Shown: positions 53,776 through 64,000 of the stretch, one piece after another
How the letters are laid out: each line of letters opens with the position of its first letter
Position numbering within the stretch: the stretch's first letter is position 1
Assembly (NCBI RefSeq): GCF_006345805.1
Contig: NC_043011.1
Location: 20,286,464-20,350,463 of the forward strand
DNA from: Octopus sinensis
Lineage: Eukaryota
Length of the DNA stretch: 64,000 nucleotides
Direction: 5' to 3'
The notes under the pieces: model-generated
Databases searched by the model: none
What the model saw: the letters and a program-made list of their open reading frames with translations, nothing else
What the model was told of the DNA's origin: nothing
Translations under genes and position numbers: made by a program

Positions 53776-54511
53776 TCGAAAACTGCCTCGGAAGTTCCGA
53801 GGTCTTTCTAACTTCCGGGAAATTTGATCGAAAACTTCCTGGGAAGTTCCGAGGATTTTCTATCTTCCGGGAAGTTTGGTCGAAATCTGCCTGGGAAGTT
53901 CTGAGGATGTTCTAACTTCCTGGAAGTTTAGTCGAAAACTGCCTGGGATGTTCCAAAAACTATCTAACTTCCAGGAAATTTGCTCGAAAACCTCCTGGGA
54001 TGTTCCGAGGATTTTCTAACATCCTGGAATTAGGTCAAAATTTTGCCGGGAAGTTCCGAGGATTTTTAACTTCCGGGAAATTAGATCGAAAAATTCGTGG
54101 GAGGTTCCAAGGATTTTCTAACTTTCTGGAAAATTGGTCGAAAACTTCATGTGAAGTTCCGAGGATTTTTTACTTCCTCGAAATTTGGTCGAAAATTTCC
54201 TGGGAGGTTCCGAGGATTTTCTAACTTGCTGGAAAATTGGTCGAAAACTTCTTGGGAAATTCCGGGGAAATTCTAACTTTCGGGAAGGTTAGCCGAAAAC
54301 TGCCTGAGAAGTTCCGTGGTTTATCTAACTTCCGGTAAATTTGTCGGAAACTTCCTTGGAAGATCCGAGGATTTTCTAACTTCCTGGAAAATTGGTCGAA
54401 AACTTCCTGGGGTGTTCCAAGGATTTTTTAACTCTATGGAAATTTGGTGGAAAATTTCCTGGGAAGTACCGAGTATTTTCTAACTTCCGGGAAGGTTGGT
54501 CGAAAACTGTC
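53776..54511 (+). repeat. 52-bp minisatellite, ~14 copies
   Basis: Consensus ttccgaggattttctaacttcctggaaaattggtcgaaaacttcctgggaag; phase at 53795, 53847, 53899, 53951, 54003. Confidence 0.95.
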
Positions 54512-54521
54512 AAAAACGGTT

Positions 54522-55588
54522 TCGATAAAATGACGTAGCAGTTCGAGAAACGAGATCGATAAAATCACGTAGCGGTTCGACAAACGAGATTGATAAAATG
54601 ACTGAGCGCTTCGACAAACGGGATCGATAAAATGACGTAGCGCTTCTCCAAACGGGATCGATAAAAATGACGTCGCGGTTCGACAAACGAGATCCATAAA
54701 ATGACTTGGTGGTTCGCCAAACGAGATCGATAAAATGACTTAGCGGTTCGCCAAACGCGATAGATAAAATGACTTAGCAGTTCGTCAAACAAGATCGATA
54801 AAATGACTTAGCGGATCGACAAACGAGATATATAAAATGACGTAGCGGTTCGCCAAACGAGATAGATAAAATAACTTAGCGGTTCGCCAAACGAGTTCAA
54901 TAAAATTATTAGCGGTTCGACAAACGAGATCGATAAAACGACTTAGCGGTTCGCCAAACAAAATCGATTAAATGACGCAGCGGATCGACAAACGTTTTCT
55001 ATAAAATGACTTAGCAGTTCGCCAAACGTTTTCGATAAAATGACGTAGCATTTCGTCAAACGAGATCGATAAAATGACTTAGCGGTTCGCCAAATGGGAT
55101 AGAAAAAATGAAGTAGCCGTTCGCCAAACGAGATCGATAAAACGACTTAGCGGTTCGCCAAATGTGATCGATAAAATGACTTAGCGGTTTGCCAAACGAG
55201 ATGGATGAAATGATGTAGCGGTTCGCCAACCGAGATCTATAAAATGATGTAGCGGTTCGACAAACTAGATCTATAAAATGATTAGCGATTCGGCAAACGA
55301 GATCGATGAAATGACTTAGCGGTTCGCCAAACGAGATCGATGAAATGACGTAGCGGCTCAATAAACGAGATCGATGAAATGATGTATCGGTTCGCCAAAC
55401 GTGATCGATTAAATGACTTAACGGTTCACCAAACGCGTTCGATAAAATAACTTAGTGGTTCGCCAAACGAGATCCATAAAATGACGTAGCGGTTCGCCAA
55501 ACGAGATCCATAAAATGACGTAGCGGTTCGCCAAACGAGATCCATAAAATGACGTAGCGGTTCGCCAAACGAAATCGATATATGACTT
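54522..55588 (+). repeat. 34-bp minisatellite, ~31 copies
   Basis: Consensus cgataaaatgacttagcggttcgccaaacgagat; phase 54557 to 54591; last three units identical. Confidence 0.95.
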
Positions 55589-55756
55589 ATCTTTTCGCCA
55601 AATTATGACCCTAGTATCGATCTATTGCATTTCACCGCATGACACCGCTGGAAAAAACTGCCGTTCAAACCGAAAAGATCCCTCGAACTGACTTAAATAC
55701 CAGCTAACTTTTCATCAAATTACAAACTACTCTTTTATAAAAAGGTATTTCTTTTA

Positions 55757-56145
55757 TTCTTCTAGTCTTTTACTCGTATCTGCCATTTGACTGCAGCCAT
55801 GCTGGAGCACCGTCTTGAAGGGACTTAACTACTTTAAGCCTAGTACTAATTTTATCGGTGTCTTTTGCCGAACCGCTAGTTTACGGAGGTGGAAACATAC
55901 CAACTCCAGTTGTCAAATGGTAATGGGGGACGTCACAGACACAAAGACACACACACACACACACAGGTGTGTGTGTCTGTCTTTGTATGTCTGTGTGTGT
56001 GTATACGATGGGCTTCTTTTAGTTTCCGTCTACCAAATCCACTTACAAGGCTTTGGTCGGCCCGAGGTTATAGTAAAAGACACTTGCCCAAGGTGTCACG
56101 CAGTAGCACTGAATCCGAAAACCATGTGGTTGGGAAACAAGCTTA
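55757..56145 (-). mobile_element. SINE family A, near full length
   Basis: Tail, body, internal (CA)/(TG), head. Confidence 0.9.
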
Positions 56146-56199
56146 GCTTTACTATTTCAATCAATATTATTTACAAATAGAATATAATAATATTTAAAT

Positions 56200-56600
56200 G
56201 AAGCAAAAGAGGGGAAAAAAGAAAAAAAGATAAAGATAATTAAACAACAAAGGAAAGGAATCGGGGAAGAAGGGACAGACCCTCAACCAGAATCTGTGCG
56301 GTGATTTGGCTGTGCCTGGCAGACAAAATGGCGAAGGCATTGCCAAGGAGAATGGCCAGCGACATCCGCTGCAACAGCCAGCCCGCTTCACGGGGCTCCT
56401 TCAATAAGCGGGCTGCTGCCTTTCCGATTTTGTGGAGGAAATCAGTAATGAGGGGATGGAGGACGCCAGAGATCTCAAAGGTGACCGGTACGAAAAGGAA
56501 ATGATCGATTAAGGTCCGTGATTTGTTTATCTTTCCCTTGTTTCCATTGCGGGCGGCAGTGCCCGAGTTTGCGGCCAAAGCGGAAGGTCAAAGCAAGATA
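56200..56600 (-). mobile_element. CRE-type non-LTR retrotransposon 3' end (RLE C-terminus + 3' UTR)
   Basis: HFLFVPVTFEISGVLHPLITDFLHKIGKAAARLLKEPREAGWLLQRMSLAILLGNAFAIL matches FVP...E..G...FL...QR.S.A...GNA motif. Confidence 0.8.
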
Positions 56601-57128
56601 AGCAAAACTACATTGTTTCTTGTACGCACTATACCAAAATATTCGCGAAAGAGAATGGTTACGGTTAAGATAGAGCTAAACAACAATATTAATACCCTGC
56701 TAGCGAGACAAACAAGAAAGAATTTTGCACCAAAAAGCCAATATGAGTTTCCTTCAGGCGAATTAACAGGTTTCTTTTGTCCAACTGGAGGACACTGCCT
56801 CCTCTGAATTAAGTAGCTATCTCACAAACTTTGGTCTCCTTTCTGTTATATTAGTCTACACCAGCTACGTAAATTATGTTGTTCTACAATAAAAGAGGAC
56901 GAAGATCTTGGTTTTCTTTTCTTTCACCTTGTTTCAGTTTTTGCATCAAATTTCTTTGCGATTTTTTTTTCTCATTATTTCTCATATTTTCTCTGAATTT
57001 TACATGACTGATATATATTAACTAATTCATATCTATAATGTATAATTTAAAATGTTAATTCTTAATATTATAAAGTATAATATTTTTCTTAATTTTTTAT
57101 TCTTAATTTTTTATTCTTAATTTCTATT

Positions 57129-57228
57129 NNNNNNNNNNNNNNNNNNNNNNNNNNNNNNNNNNNNNNNNNNNNNNNNNNNNNNNNNNNNNNNNNNNNNNNN
57201 NNNNNNNNNNNNNNNNNNNNNNNNNNNN
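57129..57228. other. Assembly gap (100 N)
   Basis: Run of N. Confidence 1.
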
Positions 57229-57545
57229 TGTAGCACGTAACTTCCCTATAGATAGCATGAAGTTAGCAATTTAAGTTTCCTAATCTGACAAACCACATTA
57301 GACTATTGCTCACTTCTTTCCAATAATGATTTGACTAAAAGTTTTTATAGACATGCCTATACATACAGAGTATAATTTTCTACACGTGTGGACCTTGCAA
57401 TCGGGAAAACTTTTACTTACGATAAAGTAATAATTCCGCTTACATATATATATATATACACCAGTATATATATATATATATGTATATGGATATATATATA
57501 TATATATATCTATATTATATTATATATATATATATATATTATATA

Positions 57546-57596
<51 letters not shown>

Positions 57597-57641
57597 TATA
57601 TACATATATATATGTATGTATATATATATATATATATATAT

Positions 57642-57687
<46 letters not shown>

Positions 57688-58001
57688 ATATATATGATGA
57701 ACATCTGTTTCTATGAGTGCTTTTATTTCTTGTTGTATATTAGAAGTTATGTGCGCATGTATGTATGTATGTATGTATGTATGTATGTATGTATGTATGT
57801 ATGTATGTATGCATGGATGGATGGATGGATGGATGTAACGTACGTACGTAACTTCAAAACCAGCTAAGAAGCGCTCTCGCACATTCTCTGGCCATCACTT
57901 CTATCAACAATCTCTGAAATATCTTCTGTTTGAATCATTTAACGATTTTTTTTTCTTTAACTCTCCTAACCTCGACCCCTCTTCATCTTATATTTTGCCA
58001 G

Positions 58002-58086
58002 AAATAGACGTGTTCCGTTATCTACAGCTAATTTCGTTAGAGAAGCGACGAAACAACTATCAAAATGTCGGATAACAGTAGAGTAC
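58002..58086 (+). CDS. Candidate exon of unknown gene
   Basis: Acceptor cttatattttgccag, donor gtaagt; frame xNRRVPLSTANFVREATKQLSKCRITVEY open; alternatively caaaATG start giving MSDNSRV. Confidence 0.35.
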
Positions 58087-58404
58087 GTAAGTGTATGTGT
58101 TACAGAAGTGGGTTTCTGGCGGCGGCAGGATAGTGGTGGTGGTGGTGGTGGTGGTGGTAGAGGAAATATATTAAATCAAAGTTTCCAACTTTTTTTTTTA
58201 TAATTTCAACTGCAAATTGTCGTAGAAACCAACAAAAATAATTCAATAAAAATATATGAAAAATGTTTAAATGTTTGCATTGAGGCTGAAGATTTTATAA
58301 CTATTTCATATAACCAACAAAAATAATAATCTCTCACTTCCTCTCTTTCCTTCTCTCTGTCTTTCTTTCCCTCCCCCTCTCTCTCTCTTTATGTATGTGT
58401 GTGA

Positions 58405-58505
<101 letters not shown>

Positions 58506-58523
58506 TGTGTATATGTATGTGCT

Positions 58524-58559
<36 letters not shown>

Positions 58560-58560
<1 letters not shown>

Positions 58561-58735
58561 GGCTAAGTTGCAGATTCGTTAACACTCCGAGCAAAATACT
58601 TAGCGGTATTCCGCCCATCTTTCCGTTCTGAGTTCAAATTTCTGCAAAGATCTACTTTGCTTTTCAGTCTTTCTGGGTCGATAAAATAAGTACCAGTAGA
58701 TTAATGGGGTTGATATTATCGACTTACCACTCCCC
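58560..58735 (+). mobile_element. SINE family B-related copy, diverged
   Basis: cttagcggtattcc...gttctgagttcaaat...gtcgataaaataagtaccag. Confidence 0.75.
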
Positions 58736-58749
58736 CCCAAAAAAAAAAC

Positions 58750-58890
58750 TTAACAGTTCGGCAAAAGGGTCTGATAGAATAAGTGGCCTACAAAGAATAA
58801 GCCCTGGGGTCGATTTCTTTGATTTCTTCGACTAAAACCCATTAGGCGGTGCTCCAGCATTACCACATCCAAATGACGGAAACAAATAAA
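58750..58890 (+). mobile_element. SINE family A 3' fragment
   Basis: gttcggcaaaag...gatagaataagt...ggcggtgctccagcat. Confidence 0.75.
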
Positions 58891-59424
58891 AGAATATGTA
58901 TGTGTGTGTGTATGTATGTATGTATGTATGTATGTATGTATGTATGTATGTATGTATGTATCTATGTATCTATGTGTATATGTATGTATGTGCGTATGTA
59001 TGTATATATCTATGTGTATATGTATGTATGTGTGTACGTATGTATGTGTGTGTATGTATGTATGTATGTATGTATGTATGTATGTATGTATGTATGTATG
59101 CGATAATCTTTCTATCCATGTTAACAGGGATGTTTTGTTAGAACGCCGAACACTGTTATTTGCACACATAAATTCGTCTGACATGGGCGCTGGAATTCCG
59201 ACATCATGGGGATTTCGGTCTATTGGACCTCTTCAGTCAAACTTCGTAACAGCGATATATAGAATATCAGCATCTGTTCAGTCCTTTTCCTCTGTCGCTT
59301 ATGAATTATATATATACATATATATATATATACATGTGTGTACGCACGTATATATCTGTATGTATATATATATATATAAATAGTGTGTATATAAATACAC
59401 ACATATGTATGTACGTATGTATAT

Positions 59425-59479
<55 letters not shown>

Positions 59480-60429
59480 TATATAATATATGTATGTATA
59501 TATAGAAATATCTGTATTATATAATAGTTATATATGTAAATAGTATATATATATATATTATATATATATATATATATAATATATTATAAAGGATGTGTTA
59601 TATCACTACTCCACATATACAAAAACAGCCATACCAACAATCCAACATCTCCATCATCAGCTGCCCCACGGATATCATTATGGTTTCGACACCTGGGCAG
59701 TACCATTCAATCCAGTGGTGTCAGAAGCCCTGCCCTAAAGCAAGTGCTGTTTGGGAATAAACATACCAAAAAACAACTTTCAAACACATTTACTCTATGT
59801 ACAACAGTATTCAATCAAATATAGGCAGGATTAAATACTACCTTTAAAATTAAACTAAAATGAAAAAAAACATAAATCTATGTACATCTGTATCGGTATT
59901 ATGTATATAGATATACATATATAGCTAGTTTTATATCTAAGTGAGATATGACTAGTAGTAGTTTCTTCTTCTTCTTCTTCTTCTTCTTCTTCTTCTTCTT
60001 CTTCTTCTTCCCTATCAAGAATTCCCAACGACCTCGAACCCACAAGAGTAAACAAGAGAGACAGAGACAGGCAGAAACAAGGAAAATGCCATTTGTATTT
60101 GAACACTATGCAAATATTCTTTTAAGAGAAACTTTTCTTTTAATTTTTCCAAAATTTAATTGTTTTCCATACTTACAGTTGAAAAAGGCTCAATGACTGA
60201 AACCGGTACTGAAATGCTTTTTATAAAACTATTTTAGCATTTTCTATCTTGACTTTTCTTTCAAATATATAATATTTTGAATATGCCTTGAATGGTCCTT
60301 TTACATACTGAACATACTTGTACCTTTTACATACTTGGTGAAATTAATTAATAATTAATTGATTTTATCCTTTATTATTGATAATACAATTCCTTTCTCC
60401 CTGTTCTTTACTGCGGTTCTCACCGTTAT

Positions 60430-60845
60430 AATCTGTTTACTCTATAACTCACGTGGATGGAAGCGGGAAGAACATGAATCTTCACTCGTACTGTTTGAAT
60501 TTGCCGGCACTGGCAGTTTGGAGATGTTTGTCTGAGGTGATTCATATCAGACGGGTATGTTCAATTTTTAAGTGCTTTCAAATCCAAATTAAGAAATGTT
60601 GAGCTGACGAAAGAAAAGTCGAGTTTTAGTTCGACTAATCTAGAAACGTGAGCGTTCTCAAATAATCTTTGTACATGTGATATTTTTCTGTTTTCCTCCA
60701 TATCTACGTGAATTATGTTTGAAGTAAACACTATATGGGAGACTTTTCTTAAAGTAGTAGAAATGGGTAAAAAAATTTTTTGGTGCTATTTCTAAAACTT
60801 TCAGTATGTGGCCAAAGTAAATTATTTTACGGAGCCCTAATTCTA
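60430..60845 (+). repeat. Unclassified interspersed repeat, copy 2
   Basis: Colinear with 14623-15045, with indels; ends at (TA)n. Confidence 0.75.
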
Positions 60846-61063
60846 TAACGTTATATATATATAGATATATATATATAGATATATATATATATATATATAA
60901 TATATATATATATATATAATATATATATATATATATACGGTTGTTAAATTTACAATTTAAAAATAGGATAAAATCTTATAAGAATTATCAAGTAGTTAGC
61001 GTGGAAAAACCTCTTAAGAGAAAAAACTCACCAATTTTTTCACTTAAATATTTATTTATATTA

Positions 61064-61217
61064 TATAGAGGGCATTACTATACATAAATGCCACACGCTA
61101 GGAGGGACTCTTAAAGTCAAAACTACCAAAATAAATAAACACGATATGTTATTTATTTGGTAGTTTTGACTTTAAGAGTCCCTCCTAGCGTGTGGCATTT
61201 ATGTTAGTAATGCCCTC

Positions 61218-61221
<4 letters not shown>
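61064..61221. repeat. Palindrome: 77/74-bp arms, 7-nt loop
   Basis: Arms 61064-61140 and 61148-61221; three 1-nt indels, no substitutions seen. Confidence 0.95.
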
Positions 61222-61270
<49 letters not shown>

Positions 61271-61279
61271 ATATATATA

Positions 61280-61317
<38 letters not shown>

Positions 61318-61799
61318 ATGAAATGAAAGAACATGGATGAACAATCAGTTCGTTTTGTGGATAACTTGTAGTTTTTATTTCATAATTCGTGCATTGCATC
61401 ATGCAAATTGCTCGCCACAGCATCAAGCACCCGTCTGCTAAAATGACAAAATTTGACTCGCAGTCGAATTATGAACAAACGCCATGTTATTGAAACATCA
61501 GTAGCACAGAGTGAACTGCGATCGCACATTTATTTCCTTTTATTATATTTATTTGCATTATGCCAAACGTGACTAATGTTGTTACAGAGATTGGAGTCGT
61601 GAAGTACTTGTTAGCTTTAAATAATCGTTCTTAATTTTATAATGGAATGGATAAAATGGGAATATTATTAATTGATTCATTAATTAATTAATTTGTCAAT
61701 GTTCCTTCTGTGTGGACTGCTAGCCAGTCAAATGCTGGAAGCTACCGAGCTAGTAAGCACGGTCGGCGTGATCCAATAGGTACGTGTGAGTATGCGTGT

Positions 61800-61838
<39 letters not shown>

Positions 61839-62099
61839 ATACGTGTATGATAGATTATTGAGGTAGACAGCTAGGCACACCAGTAGACAAATACATACAT
61901 ACATACATTCATACATACATACATACATACATACACACATACATACATACATTCATACATACATACATACATACCTACATACAAACATTCATACATACAT
62001 ACATACATACATAGACAAACGTAAGTAGCCTGCTGTTAAGTCAGTAAGAATAAAGAACTCAGAAAGCTAGGTCTGTGTGCCTCTGTGCTTAGTGATATC

Positions 62100-62540
62100 T
62101 AAGCTTAGCTACAACTCTGGGCCTCTCTTCAATTTTTCCGTCATGATTTGAGGCATCCGGTGAGCAATGCGTTGTACATAGGTTTCAGGGAGTGCTTCAA
62201 ATGTATAAATATTGTATCACGGCCTGATTTTGAGTGTGACATCCTGTTGTGTGGATACCCTCAGACGATGAAGTAGGCTAGCCCAATACGTAGACATAGA
62301 GGGAGAAGTCTAGATGCCAAATTGAGTAGAGGACATCCGAACGTGCGACATAATATTGGCGACGAGGATTTCGTAGCTCACCCAGCCACTGTGTAGTATT
62401 GCGACATAACACATCCTCACAAATTTACAAGGCAAATCATATTGACGTCTTTCCGCTTGCCGATAGGAAATGCGACCTACTTCGGTATTTGTATTTCTGC
62501 ATCTGTTATATTTGTTTCTGTTGGTACCATTGATTTAGAC
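62100..62540 (-). mobile_element. CR1-type endonuclease relic
   Basis: TETNITDAEIQIPK matches TE.....I.DAEIQIP.Y motif; remainder heavily decayed. Confidence 0.5.
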
Positions 62541-62717
62541 TGATCGCATGTGGGAAGGTCTTCCGAGTAGGGAATTTATTTTTAGTACCTAATTGTAACT
62601 GATCTTTGACATTCAGCATTATTATCTTTATCATTATTGCCATTAATATTAATATCAATTTTTTCGTTTTGGATTTGGTTTGCAAGATTCTTTATATGAG
62701 TTCGTGTGTTGAAGCAT

Positions 62718-62989
62718 ATTCTGTTGTGTCTGAGGAGAGTCATTTTCTTTTCGAGCCTTATAATTTAACACACTCACCGGTAAAATTTCCACTTATTTCT
62801 TATTTTTATTTTCCAAATATTTTCGTTGCGTCTTGCAACCTTTTCAATAGTCTTGACTCTGGAAAATGTTGCAAGACGCAACGAAAATTTTAGGAAAATA
62901 AAAATAAGAAATAAGTGGAAATTTTACCGTTGAGTGTGTTACATTATAAGACACAAAAAGAAAATTACTCTCCCCAGACACAACAGAAT
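62718..62989. mobile_element. Foldback/palindromic MITE: 122-bp arms, 28-nt spacer
   Basis: Arms 62718-62839 and 62868-62989, about 9 mismatches, no indels. Confidence 0.85.
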
Positions 62990-63024
62990 TAATATTAACT
63001 TAAATAGCATTATTATCATTAATA

Positions 63025-63420
63025 TTAAGGTGCTGAGCTGGCAGAACCGTTAGCACGCCGGGCGAAATGCTTAGCTGTATTTCGTTTGTCTTCACCTTCT
63101 GAGATCAAATTGCCTTTCATCCTTTCGGAGTCGATAAATTAAGTACCAGTGAAACACTGGGGCCGATGTCATCGGCTAGTCCCCTCCCACTAAATTTCAG
63201 GGCTTGTGCCTTTAGTAGAAAAAACTATTATCATTAATATTATTTGTGTATATAAGGGTATTTCATCTGTCTTCATGTTCTGCGTTTAAATTTCGCCGAG
63301 GCCGACTTTGCCTTTCATCCTTTCAGGGTCGATAAAATAAGTACCAGCTGAGAACTGGGGTGGATGTAATCGACTTACTTCTTCCCTCAAAATTGTTGGT
63401 CTTGTGCTAAAATTTGAAAC
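63025..63420 (+). mobile_element. SINE family B-related copy followed by second headless body
   Basis: Head aaggtgctgagctggcagaacc; second body restarts at ggtatttcatctgtc (~63258). Confidence 0.85.
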
Positions 63421-63454
63421 CATGATTTTTATTGATTACTGAAAGATTTGATAA

Positions 63455-63690
63455 GCAATTCAAGCAAGGGTTTGATACACCTCAATTTTGCAAAAGCTTT
63501 CGATAACATTGACCGTGGAATAAAATATCCCAAACTATGCTTCTTGAAAATAGTTGAAAAGCTAGGAAATTGGCGGAACAACCTTTTTAAAGTCAAACAG
63601 TTGCAGCCAATGGAAACCTTCCAGGGGGAACATTTCTAAATGGAGTCTCATAGAAAACTACCTTGGGGTTATTTCCTATACCCCTGGATT
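63455..63690 (+). mobile_element. CR1-type reverse-transcriptase relic
   Basis: LIHLNFAKAFDNIDRGI...KLGNW, frameshift, QTVAANG...NGVS*KTTLG resembles YLDFAKAFDKVDH...SGVPQGTVLG. Confidence 0.8.
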
Positions 63691-64000
63691 TTGTCAAAGT
63701 CCTCAGCCTCCCCGTCTCGAGTTTGATCTAGATATTACCATAACTTAAAGCGAAAAAAGCCCGTAAATCTTCGATATCTCGCCGTAAGTTTAAGAGAACT
63801 ACAAGGAATGGTTTTAAATGCCACAAAGAAATACGGTCACTTTCTACTATGTGAGAGTGTATCTGAGCCTACATCAAGATTAGAAACACAAATTATGGCT
63901 GCGGTAACAAACTTCTTCATTCACCTGAAGCCAACTGCAGAAGAAGAGATGCAGAAACAGCAGTAAAAGTAGTAGCGACGATGGCTTAAATTGGCTGCAG

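Larger units (their letters stand above)
53489..55681. mobile_element. Non-autonomous TIR transposon (Merlin-like) carrying two minisatellite arrays
   Basis: 29-bp TIRs ggaacttttcggtttgaacggcaattttt / aaaaaactgccgttcaaaccgaaaagatcc (27/29); GG...CC ends; flanking ttcgaact / ctcgaact (7/8 TSD); no transposase. Confidence 0.8.

Noticed and set aside
54000-55361. ORFs within the 52- and 34-bp arrays as repeat proteins
   Set aside because: Unit lengths are not multiples of 3 and frames break repeatedly
54522-55588. 34-bp array as a CRISPR
   Set aside because: Units are head-to-tail with no unique spacers; eukaryotic context; no cas genes

Overview
Eukaryotic, AT-rich, microsatellite-saturated non-coding DNA. 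The SINE, LINE and MITE families look like those of octopus, but that assignment is from recall, not a search. No confidently identifiable host gene, rRNA, true tRNA or CRISPR is present, and nearly all ORFs in the supplied track are translations of simple repeats. The window holds at least five tRNA-headed SINE families, labelled here A (internal microsatellite), B (Meta-domain-like, often dimeric), CORE-like, D and a hammerhead-like family. It also holds LINE relics of the RTE, RTE-X, CR1, Tx1/L1, R4/Dong and CRE types, Tc1/mariner and pogo-type DNA elements, Penelope-like tails, and a 100-N gap. Three structures stand out. (1) A 2.2-kb Merlin-like non-autonomous element carries two minisatellite arrays: a 52-bp array rich in STAT/GAS-type palindromes and a 34-bp array whose unit matches a segment of SINE-A. 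(2) Four or five long near-perfect palindromes occur, several abutting (TA)n tracts. (3) Five degenerate minimal hammerhead-ribozyme motifs occur, one inside a TSD-flanked, apparently inverted tRNA-SINE that breaks at the predicted cleavage site. All coordinates and counts were made by eye.
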